From Eledone cirrhosa (lineage: Eukaryota), in NCBI GenBank assembly GCA_964016885.1, contig OZ024743.1, positions 22,816,001 to 22,880,000 of the forward strand: a DNA stretch of 64,000 bases. The letters are read 5' to 3'. Position numbers and translations under genes: made by a program. This document shows, piece after piece, positions 1 through 14,094 of this stretch. Every line of letters begins with the position of its first letter. Position 1 is the stretch's first letter. The notes beneath the pieces are model-generated. The model was not told the origin of the DNA. It was given only the letters and a program-made list of their open reading frames with translations, and did no database searches.

Positions 1-220
1 CATCCGGGGCACAAATACAGGCAAGTATGTTTGTGTAAGACAGGTATTCACCCATGGACACCTGTCTCCCATTTCCACTCCACCGGTCCAAAGGAAAGAC
101 AAAGATTGGCAGCAGTAACGTCACAACTCATTTCTACAGCAGAATGAACTGCAACAACGTGAAATCTGTCCAGGAATCAAACTCACAGCCTCACGATTGT
201 AAGCTCGACGCTCTAACCAC
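1..220 (-). mobile_element. Old tRNA-derived SINE fragment
   Basis: The minus strand of 171-220 reads GTGGTTAGAGCGTCGAGCTTACAATCGTGAGGCTGTGAGTTTGATTCC, a tRNA-like head with degenerate A/B boxes. The body continues toward the window start. Confidence 0.45.
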
Positions 221-305
221 CTTTTATATAGAGGCATAATAATCTTTATGTCCAAATCGATATATGTTAAAAATGATACATATATACAGTAGTGTTCATA
301 TTTGT

Positions 306-316
306 ATATGTATATA

Positions 317-386
<70 letters not shown>

Positions 387-425
387 TATATATATAATAT
401 ATATATATATATAATATATATATAT

Positions 426-461
<36 letters not shown>

Positions 462-480
462 AAATATATATATATATAAA

Positions 481-511
<31 letters not shown>

Positions 512-530
512 ATAAAATATATATATATAT

Positions 531-598
<68 letters not shown>

Positions 599-644
599 AT
601 ATTATATATATATATATTATATATATATATATATATTATATATA

Positions 645-689
<45 letters not shown>

Positions 690-712
690 ATATTATATAT
701 ATATATATATAT

Positions 713-745
<33 letters not shown>

Positions 746-752
746 ATATATA

Positions 753-839
<87 letters not shown>

Positions 840-900
840 ATATTATATATATATATATATTATATATATATTATATATATATATATATATTATATATATA

Positions 901-950
<50 letters not shown>
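306..950. repeat. Long interrupted (TA)n microsatellite
   Basis: About 640 bp of TA with frequent single-base phase shifts. Confidence 0.97.
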
Positions 951-1010
951 GTAAATGAAAAGTATAGAAATTATTGTGAGCAAGAAGCCAACAGTATTTC
1001 ATAATATATA

Positions 1011-1196
1011 GGCGGTGGATTGGCAGTATCGGTAGAGGGTCGGACGCCATGGTTTGACGCATAGAGTTACGGTCCTTGCCATTCTGAGTTCAAATCCCGC
1101 CGAGGTTTACTTTGCCTTTCATCCTTACGGTCTCGATAAAATAAAGTACCAGTAATGCACTGGGTATTTGCTGGCCTTGTGCCAAAAGTAGAAACA
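1011..1196 (+). mobile_element. tRNA-derived SINE, full length, with 18-bp TSD
   Basis: A box TGGCAGTATCGG, B box GAGTTCAAATCC, central GCCTTTCATCCTTACGG..CGATAAAATAAAGTACCAG. Direct repeat AGTATTTCATAATATATA at 993-1010 and 1197-1214. More than 10 related copies in the window. Confidence 0.9.
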
Positions 1197-1244
1197 AGTA
1201 TTTCATAATATATAAGTGACTATAGCGTCAAAATGGAAAAAAAA

Positions 1245-1335
<91 letters not shown>

Positions 1336-1355
1336 ACGGACATTATTATTATTAT

Positions 1356-1488
1356 TCCGAGGTTTACTTTGCCTTTCATCCTTACGGGGTCGATAAAATA
1401 AAGTACCAGTAATGCACTGGGTAATTGCTGGCCTTGTGCCTAAAGTAGAAACAATTATTATTATTATTATTATTAATATTATTATTAT
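1356..1488 (+). mobile_element. 5'-truncated copy of the same SINE with (ATT)n tail
   Basis: Matches the 3' part of 1011-1196 and ends GAAACAATTATTATTATT. Confidence 0.85.
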
Positions 1489-1774
1489 TCTTCTCTACAT
1501 TCCTTACATCAAACTAAAATATGTTGACAATCTTTTAATAATGTCTTCCTTGTGAAATTTGTGGTCTTGTTTTGCTTAACTAATGAGTATTTCCAGCTCT
1601 GCGCACCTAACTTATGCATGAACCCAGCCACCTAGTTGCTTTCTATTCTACTGCATATTGCACATTGAGCACATGCATGCCCTTACGCTTTGGCTTCTAA
1701 CTAATTCACCAATCTCTCCTCTCATATCTCCTCTCCTATCTCCATCTCTCTTTTTAAGATTGGTTACTCTTGAA

Positions 1775-1826
<52 letters not shown>

Positions 1827-1937
1827 GTGCATTTGCATCAAGGCATGTTTTGCCTTTCAACTAATTGATTAGATGGCCGTTATGTAATTCTATACCATCA
1901 ACCTCGAAAAGGCACATATATTCTGCTGATTATCCCC

Positions 1938-1992
<55 letters not shown>

Positions 1993-1999
<7 letters not shown>

Positions 2000-2414
2000 A
2001 ATAACAGGAGGCTGGACTGGTCTAATTCCTTAAAGGTTTATCATACTATGAACATTTAAATGACCGGGTTCAGCATGAATCCGGTGACATCATAAGGTGT
2101 CCCGAAATGTAACAAACGAATATAATAGACACAATCCAACGGGCTGAAAAGCAGAGAGATGCCCAAGATGAGAAGGCGGCCAAAAAATTAGCAGTTGCCA
2201 GTCCAGTTGGCCGCCTTCAAGTAGAATAAACCTTTAAGGAATTACACCAGTCCAGCCTCCTGTTATTTTATAATAATTAACTCCGTACTCTCACCACCAA
2301 CAACACAAACGAAGACGGGTGAGTTGCATTAAGTCGAGTGCTCTATCTAATATTACATCAAGGTTGACTATACGGAATGACCAGTTCTATCCAGTGGTGA
2401 ACCAACAAACCTAA

Positions 2415-2418
<4 letters not shown>
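1993..2418 (+). mobile_element. Fold-back element in (TA)n (Penelope-like architecture)
   Basis: 49-bp inverted repeat 1993-2041 / 2226-2274 with 1 mismatch. Internal hairpin GAAGGCGGCCAA..TTGGCCGCCTTC. One-sided extension to about 2418. (TA)n on both flanks. Confidence 0.55.
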
Positions 2419-2469
<51 letters not shown>

Positions 2470-2500
2470 AGAAAAACCACAGACCCTCCATCTCAACTCA

Positions 2501-2538
2501 CCTTTTGAAAAGCAGAAGAACTGCGAAACCGGTAAAGG
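2501..2538 (+). ncRNA. Minimal type I hammerhead ribozyme, U3-A8 core variant
   Basis: CCTT-TTGAAAA-GCAG(aagaa)CTGC-GAAA-CCGG-TA-AAGG: stems I and II, palindromic stem III ACCGGT, predicted cut after A2534. Part of a (TA)n-flanked repeat (2467-2610) with a second copy at 12057-12265. Confidence 0.75.
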
Positions 2539-2607
2539 AACCAAATAAATATATATATTTTAAAAAAAAATAAGACTTCAGTTGCATTTTCGATTTCATC
2601 CCTTTTT

Positions 2608-2677
<70 letters not shown>

Positions 2678-2824
2678 AACAAAGCCTCCAACGCTCTAAC
2701 CTTAATGTTATCGACACCCTGAATCGAGGCAAAGCGAAGGGCTGCTCGGTGGAATGTGAACAAAGAGAACAAAAAGCTGGAACAAACACCAAAAGTTACT
2801 AACAAATCTACCAATTTGACACCA

Positions 2825-2862
<38 letters not shown>

Positions 2863-2942
2863 ATAATAATAAATTTGAAGACTAAAATCCAAAGAGGGCT
2901 CGATAAGGATAAATATATATCAAATATATAAGAACCGTAGAG

Positions 2943-2978
<36 letters not shown>

Positions 2979-2988
<10 letters not shown>

Positions 2989-3411
2989 TAAACGGAATAG
3001 AAAATGCTGACAAATTGTTCACAGTTGAAAAATGGTTTAATTAGGAATAAAATAGTATTAGTGATTGTATGGGTTAGTATTCAGTTGTGGTTTTAAGTTT
3101 TTAAGTTTTTACCGGTTGCGCATTTCTAAATGCTTTTCAAAAATAATTTTGAGATAGAGTGTCCGTGCTGTTTGCTCTGATCAGAGCAAACAGCACGGAC
3201 ACTCTATCTCAAAATTATTTTTGAAAAGCATTTAGAAATGCGCAACCGGTAAAAACTTAAAAACTTAAAACCACAACTGAATACTAACCCATACAATCAC
3301 TAATACTATTTTATTCCTAATTAAACCATTTTTCAACTGTGAACAATTTGTCAGCATTTTCTATTCCGTTTACCAATATATAATAACTTGTGTGTTACAC
3401 CTCTATTCTTT

Positions 3412-3415
<4 letters not shown>
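2979..3415 (+). mobile_element. Perfect spacer-less fold-back (2 x 202 bp) with 33-nt one-sided tail
   Basis: Centre CTCTGA|TCAGAG at 3180/3181; arms 2979-3180 and 3181-3382; tail 3383-3415. HHR-like TTGAAAA-GCATTT..AAATGC-GCAA-CCGG-TA at 3221-3251. Confidence 0.85.
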
Positions 3416-3458
<43 letters not shown>

Positions 3459-4237
3459 TGCATGATCTCTGAGAGTGAAACATCTGTTTGATTATGGATT
3501 ATGTATAATTGAGATCAATGATATAAATTTGTTCTAGTTTGGAATACCCTCTTCCCTCTTATATTTTGTTGCCTAATGTAAAACATATGACTTTTTTAAC
3601 CGAAGCCCAGCCTACAATCTTGTCCAACATAAGATTACAAAGAAGATAAAGCAAAAATTGATTTTTCGAAGATACTTTCCATGGTTTAACTGACATTAAA
3701 TCCAAGTCAACACACACAACTAGAATCAGAGAGCAAGACTGAAAAAGACGAAACTGACATAGTACATTAATTTCCCGTGTAGGTTATTCCGTTGATCAAA
3801 TAACTAGACCACCTGTTCTCTCAAACGGTTCCTTTACACTTTTATAATTCTTTTTTTATTTCAAATTGTAAACAAAACGTAAGGTCTGTCAATTAATTGT
3901 AGAACTGGGTAACAGTTGCACAATTTTGTTTCACCTCTCGAAGAACGTCATATATTTTATAGCGAGGTAGATGTATTGCGAAGTCTCATGCATTTTTAAA
4001 CCTGGAGGAGCATAATATTTTCCAGGTCTGAACATAACAGATTTCTTCTAGAAAAGTATAAAAAAATTTTTTTTTTAAAGAGAGAGAGAGGGGGGGGGGA
4101 GATAGGAAGTGATAAAGGGTTATAGAGGAAGAACCAACACCATTATTTGACTGGACACTTTTTATCGACCTCGAATGTTGGATTTGAATACAAATCATTC
4201 TATCCGAAGTTCTGACGACTCTGCCCATTTGTCACCT

Positions 4238-4300
<63 letters not shown>

Positions 4301-4316
4301 GAGATGAGCGTAACAA

Positions 4317-4386
<70 letters not shown>

Positions 4387-4416
4387 AGATCAAAAGATGG
4401 TTAAAAGAGTTCCAAG

Positions 4417-4487
4417 TATTTTATTATGCGCATTTCAAAAACAAATATCATCATGGGATGATATTTGCGTTCTCATCAGATAAAATA
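4417..4487 (-). ncRNA. Type I hammerhead ribozyme with palindromic stem III
   Basis: Minus strand: TATTTTAT-CTGATGA-GAACGCAAATATCATC(ccat)GATGATATTTGTTTTT-GAAA-TGCGCA-TA-ATAAAATA. 8-bp stem I. The element starts at the (TA)n edge at 4381 and is the same family as 38465-38970. Confidence 0.88.
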
Positions 4488-5056
4488 GGAAGACATGATA
4501 TGAAGCTTAAAAAACACTTGCGAGCAGTGAAGTGTTAAATCAACACATGAAAAATAAAGTAAGATGGATATATGAGATTGGGAAAAAAAAGGAGGGGGCG
4601 TAGGAAAAGGTAAGGAAGAGGAAGAAAGAAAATAAAGGATGACGGGGGAGGAGTATAAGAAGGAAGGATGAGAGAGGAGGAAAAATGAGTGATGGAGAGA
4701 GAGAAATAGACTTTACAACTGAGAAAACATTGTCTCACAGAGAGAAATTAAAAAACCGTTGGAAGATAATAGATATTTTAAAAGATTTTGAAATTAAATG
4801 TTAATGAGGTTTATGAATGTTGATGTTTATGATTAAAGAAAAAGGAATTAAGAATAATATTTATTTAAGGTTTATATATTGAAGGATTTAATAATATGTG
4901 CGAAAAAAATAGAATTTCTATGGAAAAATGGAAAAATGGAAAATCCTATAGTGAGTAATATATGAATTAAGAAGTAATTGAGAAGTAAAAGTTACAGATT
5001 AAAGATTAGAAATTAAAAAAGAAAAAGGAAGAAAGGAAAAAGGATAAAAAGAAGAA

Positions 5057-5850
<794 letters not shown>

Positions 5851-6388
5851 ATGCTTGGGGAGGGACATATTGTTATATTATAACTATGGAGATATAAAAG
5901 ATACAGAAGCGAAAACCAACTCAAAACCAAACAGTGAGTGTGTTCTGCTATTATTCCTGGCAATATTATATATATATATATATATAAATATGTGTGTGTG
6001 TGTAAAATGGAAACAAATATAACAACACAATCGGTACTATATATGGAAGGAATATATTAGGTTAACGCTTGAAATAGCAGGAAGAGGATCTTAACGTTTC
6101 GGACGCTAGTCTTTCACCAAGGTGACGAATTGGCAGAGTCGTCAGAACATCGGATAGAATATGCATATATAATATATATATTTAATGTGGTCTACATTTT
6201 GCGGTAGGGTCTATACCGTAGTTAGAACTCAATGTAATCCATTTGAATGTAGATCCTGTCATTGATTCCGTTGAATATTAGGTAAGTAAATCATAGGTTT
6301 GTATTTCGCTGAGTCAATCTTTTAATCTTTTAGATACAGAATCTGATATATTATATAGTAGTTTTTAACACTGTTAAAAACTACTATA

Positions 6389-6531
<143 letters not shown>

Positions 6532-6771
6532 GGAACAAGTAAAATTACAAATGGCCGCAACTAAATAAAAACCTTAAGACCGAGAACCGAGAATTAATAT
6601 CGATAGATTCGTGACACGCAGCAGTTTGTTACGTTCTCGTGACCGTCTGAATTGAATGAAAAAACTTTACATTCGCATTATATCATGTTCGAAACACTGC
6701 TGTTTGTCGTGAAACACACAGACACACACACAGACACACACACAGACACACACACAGACACACACACACAG

Positions 6772-6852
<81 letters not shown>

Positions 6853-7303
6853 TACATACATATATATATATAAATAAACTAGGAGACAGATAAAGAGGCA
6901 TATGAAAACATATATAAATATGTATTATAAGTTTATATACAATAAACATATGGTTCGCCCCACTATGTATGAATAATTATGCATATGCATATATGCTTAC
7001 GTGCATAATTAATCATATGTATATATATAACTTTCGCCTTCTCACCTTCTCTCTCTGAAACCAAAACCTACCATTCTAATAATCAAATTAGATGATGTAG
7101 CCCTAGATGCATTCTGTATGACAAAACATGATGGAACGGATATGGCTGGAACGCCATTCATCACATAAATATTCTTTCGACGGAATGGACCGTCAGAGGA
7201 GAAGAAATAGATGAAATCTACAACGTATAATGCGTACTTCCCTTCCTATATGTTTGCACAGTTATGTGTATATATATATTTGTATATATGTGTGTGTGCG
7301 CGC

Positions 7304-7407
<104 letters not shown>

Positions 7408-8220
7408 TTCAAGATAAATACAATACATACATACATTCATAAATGCACAGTCGTGTGTATATATATATTTGTATGTGTGTGTGTGTGTTTGTGTGTGTGA
7501 GAGAGAGAGAGAGAGAGAGCGAATGCGTGTGTGTGTGTATGATTATATACGAGATATATTTTTATTATATATATAGCTTTCTATATTGATTCATGGGCCC
7601 ATGAGAAAATTTCAGTTTCAAGGGAAAAACACGCCTCTGCAGGCTTGAACAGAGCCGCTTTTTTCAGTGAAATATCGAGATATAGAAGAAGAGAGACAAT
7701 CAGAAATTTGGATGGAGTTAGAATCAGTCCCTACTTTGAACTGATAGTATTTGTTATCTTGTACAGGTAAAAAGAAAACCTAGCCAAGCTCGGCGTATAT
7801 GTATTGTTCAAGAATAAACAAGAGAAATGCGAAATCTTATGAGGTTCAGGCTTGAGGTAAACGGTCAAAAACGTATATCGCTTGAAAGAATCCTTATAAC
7901 GTCGCCCAAAATGTCTTGCCGCTTTTGTTCCGGCTACTTATGTTCAGATTTCAAATTCTACCGAGATCAAATTTAACTTTTATCTTTCAGTGGTCAATAA
8001 AAGGAAGTAGCAATCGAGGGCTGAGGATGGGTGGAATCTCTTAGAATTGTTGGGAGGGTTTTTCTAGGATTTTACGTTTTTAGTTCCAAAGGAAATCGTG
8101 TCGAACTTGTTTGTAACTTAGGTATACATATCATATACATTCATTTATATTTATACACACACATAGACATATCTATGCATGTGTGCATATGTATGTATAT
8201 CTAGCTATCTATCTATCTCT

Positions 8221-10074
8221 ATTTTGGCCAAGGTGCTAGCAAAGAGGTTGGCGCTTGTCGTGGGCAACCTGGTGGGAGATGCGCAGACATGCGCTATCCC
8301 GTCCAGGTCCATCCATGACAACCTCCACCTCATGCGATACATCATAGAGAGGGTTGGGAACGAACCCGGCTTTGGTGGGGCTCTGATCAACTTGGATCAA
8401 TCTAAGGCGTTCGATAGGGTCGACCATGGTTACCTGGATGCGGTGCTAGCGGCGGCAGGCTTCGGACCCGTTTTCAGGGGCTGGATCACTGCTATGCACA
8501 GCAGCCGCATCTGCTCTAGGGTCAAGGTGAACGGCTACCTCTCGGAGCCGTTCAAAATCGCGCGGTCCATCCGACAAGGGTGCCCTCTCTCCTCCCTTCT
8601 GTATGTGTTGACTCTCGAGCCACTACTGCGGAAGTTGGAGTTGTTGCAGGGCATCCCTTTGGAACCGGGATTGCGGAAAGCGGTGTCGGCCTACGCCGAT
8701 GACGTGACAGTAATGGTGTCGACGGCCTCCGAAATCGAGGCGGTCGGCACCTTACTGGAGGAGTACGAAAAGTTCACAGGGGCTAAGCTGAACCGGGACA
8801 AGTCGATCGGTTTGCAACTCGGCACGTGGAGGGGCAGACCGATGCCCTCCGATAGCGTCGTCGGACGCTGGACGGAGGGCCCGGTGAAGTTGCTCGGGGT
8901 CTGGTTCGGACCGGACCTCCAGGTGGAGAAAAACTGGGCGGAGGTTACGAACAGGGTGTTTGCACTGACCCAGAAGTGGGCCAGTTGCAAGCTATCCCTG
9001 AAAGGCCGGGCGGAGGTGGCGAACACCTACATAGCGTCCGTCATCTACTACCGCCTGACCGTAGTGCCCTGCCCAAGGGAAACCCTCACCAAGATGGAGC
9101 GCGCGCTCTTCCAATTCCTTTGGAAGAGGCGGGCTCCTATGGTGAGGAGATCCATCTGCTGTCAACACCCTTCGAAAGGAGGGCTGGGGATGCCGTGGCT
9201 AATGATGCGTAAACACGCATTAAGGCTACGGCACCTCTACGTATTCCTCACCGGACAACCGGTGTGGGCCTCGTTTGTGAGACGAACCTTTCCCAGACTC
9301 GTCTCACTCACCGAGCTGCAATCCTGGGTCAAGCAAAGACCGAGAAAACTGGGCGCCTGGCACACTGAGTGTGCCCAGGCGCTCACCGCCCTCTGGCAGG
9401 CGGATCCGGTTATCAGTGGAGACTCCACCGCAACATTCTATAGAGGGCTAGTACGCAGCAGGTGCGACGACGCCCTCGGAGAAGCCCTAGACATGGAGGA
9501 GGACGAACTGGCCAGCCTGTTCGGTAGGACATTCAGCCCGGGACCTATGGACAACTTCCAGAAGTCCCTGGCCTGGCAGTGCTACCGAGGGGCTTTACCC
9601 GTTCGAGAAAGGCTCTACAGACACGGGCGCCCGGGTAGGGACCCCGCCAAAAAGATCTGTCCCAGATGCGTGTGCGACGAGGAAACCGTTGCACACGCAT
9701 TAGTACACTGCTCGGGCGTAGCCGATCTGTGGGGCTATGTCGAACAACTGCTGTCAAGGGTGGGACCGATCCGGTTGACCACCGAGTCTATTGTAATGAT
9801 CAAGCCGCCTCCCCCCTTCAAAGATGAAGCAGAGGCGGTGTTTCTGTGCGTAATAGCCATGGCGAAAGAGGTTGTATGGTGGACGCGTCTGAAAGGACTG
9901 AGGTCGGGCACCTTTCTCTCTGGCCAACAACTGGTCCGTTTCTTCCGATATCATTTCGGAAGAAGGATCAGGATGGAGAGAGAGGTGCTGCACCCCAGCC
10001 GTTTCTATGAAAGATGGGTGAAAGTGGCGAGAATGGCCCGTGTGAATGGGCCTTCACTCTACATCAGACTATAG
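8221..10074 (+). CDS. Reverse transcriptase plus C-terminal zinc knuckle (partial ORF2 of Tx1/L1-type LINE)
   Basis: ILAKVLAKRL, LDQSKAFDRVDH, IRQGCPLS, YADD, LLGV, KGGLGMP, CPRC..EETVAHALVHC. The Met at 8179 lies in flanking microsatellite. Confidence 0.9.
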   Translation: MLAKVLAKRLALVVGNLVGDAQTCAIPSRSIHDNLHLMRYIIERVGNEPGFGGALINLDQSKAFDRVDHGYLDAVLAAAGFGPVFRGWITAMHSSRICSRVKVNGYLSEPFKIARSIRQGCPLSSLLYVLTLEPLLRKLELLQGIPLEPGLRKAVSAYADDVTVMVSTASEIEAVGTLLEEYEKFTGAKLNRDKSIGLQLGTWRGRPMPSDSVVGRWTEGPVKLLGVWFGPDLQVEKNWAEVTNRVFALTQKWASCKLSLKGRAEVANTYIASVIYYRLTVVPCPRETLTKMERALFQFLWKRRAPMVRRSICCQHPSKGGLGMPWLMMRKHALRLRHLYVFLTGQPVWASFVRRTFPRLVSLTELQSWVKQRPRKLGAWHTECAQALTALWQADPVISGDSTATFYRGLVRSRCDDALGEALDMEEDELASLFGRTFSPGPMDNFQKSLAWQCYRGALPVRERLYRHGRPGRDPAKKICPRCVCDEETVAHALVHCSGVADLWGYVEQLLSRVGPIRLTTESIVMIKPPPPFKDEAEAVFLCVIAMAKEVVWWTRLKGLRSGTFLSGQQLVRFFRYHFGRRIRMEREVLHPSRFYERWVKVARMARVNGPSLYIRL

Positions 10075-10338
10075 GTGAGGAAGATGAAAGACCAAGGGAG
10101 CACCCCTTCTCTGTGCTCCTGAGGAGAAGGGTTGCACACTTTTTTCGGGGGTGTGTGCGACCCCCCAAGGCGCCTCCTCTCTATTGAGGATTTTGTTAAA
10201 AATTTTATTTTTTGTTATATCTTATTTTATTTTTATATTTTGTTATTGCCTCCTCCTTATTGAGGACGCCTTTTTGTGTAAACTCCCCCCTTTGTACTTG
10301 TCCCACTTTTGATGCCCTAGTGGCAAATAAAAGAAATA
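8221..10338 (+). mobile_element. 5'-truncated Tx1/L1-clade non-LTR retrotransposon
   Basis: GC-rich island with an uninterrupted RT frame, a 3' UTR and an AATAAAAGAAA end. Candidate 11-bp TSD TATCTATCTCT at 8210-8220 and 10339-10349. Confidence 0.9.
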
Positions 10339-10363
10339 TATCTATCTCTCTCCCTCTCTCTCT

Positions 10364-10417
<54 letters not shown>

Positions 10418-10471
10418 CGTTTCTGAATTTGTTTAGCAAGATTCTTTATCTGAAATCGTGTGTTGAAACCG

Positions 10472-11005
10472 ATATTGTTATACTTTGGGAGGGTCATGTT
10501 GCCAATAAGAAACACATGCACCAGTTGCTTTCACTTCAATTTATTATATATTTATAAATTTATAAATTTACAAATCTACAAACTTATAAATTTCTGGTTG
10601 GTTGGTTGGTTCCACAACCAGATAGTTGTTTATATATATAGTCATAGTCCTTTCGTCACACACTCTGTGACCTCTTCAGTGACTGGGGATTCCTTTCTTC
10701 GTTTCTGTGCCTTTTCTTTCTTCTATCCTACGCCATTTTGTTTCTGTGTGTGTGTTGTGTGCTCAGTTTGCGCATGTGCCACATCCGGGTGTCTGTGTGT
10801 GTTTGTGTTCATTTTTCTATTTGTTTATTTATTTATTGTTGGTTGGTTGTTTGTTCTATGTGTGTGTGTGTGGAACCAACCAACCAACCAGAAATTTATA
10901 AGTTTGTAGATTTGTAAATTTATAAATTTATAAATATATAATAAATTGAAGTGAAAGCAACTGGTGCGTGTGTTTCTTATTGGCAACATGACCCTCCCAA
11001 AGTAT

Positions 11006-11013
<8 letters not shown>
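10472..11013 (-). mobile_element. Inverted-repeat element with HHR in the spacer
   Basis: Arms 10472-10616 and 10869-11013 are near-identical (duplicate peptides on opposite strands in the ORF track). A related copy lies at 48196-48360. Confidence 0.8.
10640..10684 (-). ncRNA. Minimal type I hammerhead ribozyme
   Basis: Minus strand: AGTCA-CTGAAGA-g-GTCACA(gagtg)TGTGAC-GAAA-GGAC-TA-TGACT. Stems I and II pair, with one extra G after the core. Confidence 0.75.
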
Positions 11014-11053
<40 letters not shown>

Positions 11054-11121
11054 GCATACATACATAATACATGCATACACATACATACATACATACATAC
11101 ATACATACATACATACATACA

Positions 11122-11154
<33 letters not shown>

Positions 11155-11850
11155 TGCCACTACATATACTCTGTTGCCGGAATTCATTTCAATCAACATT
11201 GAGTATGAAAGTGTCTGGCATGGTATTACATTGCCATAGATACACAAAGTATCTTCTGCTCGTCTGATATCTTAAATCTATTAGTATATATATATTGTCA
11301 TACTTTTAATTCTTTTTGAGTGCTTATTTTAAAGATCTATCCGCTAACTTCCCGTTTCTTTTATAGATCACAACAGGGTAATGAAACTTGAATTTCAACT
11401 GTTGGCAGACAAAAAAAAAACAGAGCTAGTATGTAGGATGCCTGAAAAAAATCCCATTTTTCCGGGTTGTTTACTGGAGAATCTTACTGAAGATCTGTAT
11501 TCTCAATCCAGGTTGCTATGTAACTGGCTGTTAGAATATGCACTTATTTATATAACTGGTACTAGCAGTTTGGCATCTGTGAAACCAACTATGGTTTAGA
11601 CGTATAATCAATATTTTTGATATTTTTTTAATCAAGTGATTCGATTTTTTAATTGATTGATATTAGTTGTATTGATTTTATCCATAACCCTATTTGAATT
11701 GTTCGATTATTGTCATCACACAGCTAAACGTGTTTTATTATACTCTTCTTCTGAAATTCGTTTCAGTTAATATTGAGTAAGAGAGTGTGTGGAACGGTAT
11801 TAGACTACCATATATACAACTTGTGGCAGTGTGTTTTCTTAGATCTATTA

Positions 11851-12046
<196 letters not shown>

Positions 12047-12091
12047 ATATATGAGATGTGAGAAAAACCACAGACCCTCCATCTCAACTCT

Positions 12092-12129
12092 ACTTTTGAA
12101 AAGCAGAAGAACTGCGAAACCGGTAAAGG
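12092..12129 (+). ncRNA. Second copy of the U3-A8 minimal hammerhead
   Basis: CTT-TTGAAAA-GCAG(aagaa)CTGC-GAAA-CCGG-TA-AAG, within repeat 12057-12265 flanked by microsatellites. Confidence 0.7.
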
Positions 12130-12256
12130 AACCAAATAAATATATATATTTTTTTAAATAAGACTCCAGTTGCATTTTCGATTTCATCTTTTATTCTTTA
12201 TACTTTCACTCGTGTAGGACACCTCGGTTATTTTTCATTTTGTAAAAAAACCTCAC

Positions 12257-13487
<1,231 letters not shown>

Positions 13488-14094
13488 ATATATATATCGT
13501 ACATGCAGCTAGATTAACGCAAAAGAAGGGAAAGAAAAGGACAAAGACTAAGAGTTCTTTGTGAATAGTATTGCAGGAGGAGGGAACAGAGGGTAAGAGG
13601 GCGCTGGGCAGTGGTTTTCACCAACAACAGATAAAAAGGTTGAATGAAACGAATGGTATCGGTTTCAGAAAGCAGTATGATGAATGGTAGCATGGATGTG
13701 GGTAGAGTAGAAGGGTACAGCTAAAAGTGTGATAGCTAAGGAAGATAAGTGAAGCTAAATATAGGGAAAGTGCAAGGACGTGTGTGTGCATGTTGTGTGA
13801 GTAAATGTATGTGATCAGGGGAATAAATCTGCGTGTAATGTGTGTGATGTTTTGTGGTTTCTATTAATAGATTTATGAGCGTGGACATATGTGTGTTTAT
13901 AAATAGGTAGATATTTTGTGCAATATATGAGTGCGTGTGTGTGTTTGTGTATGCATGTATGCCGATGGGGATGTTGAAGTGCATTGGTTGTGGGCATGTA
14001 TTACTAAGAGAAGGCGATGTTTTTTGAATAAAACAACTCAAATATTTTACTATCTTAAGTAGAGTTTTAAACGGAAGATTATTTGCTGTTGACA

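Noticed and set aside
1011-1110. tRNA genes at A/B box motifs
   Set aside because: No cloverleaf; they are SINE heads followed by a shared body and TSDs.
3930-4048. Possible further minus-strand exon after a pyrimidine-rich AG
   Set aside because: Weak donor, and the peptide has no resemblance to SOGA-family sequence.
8179-8220. N-terminus of the 631-aa ORF as a real start
   Set aside because: It lies in flanking simple repeat upstream of the 5' truncation point. The same applies to the ORF starting at 16474.
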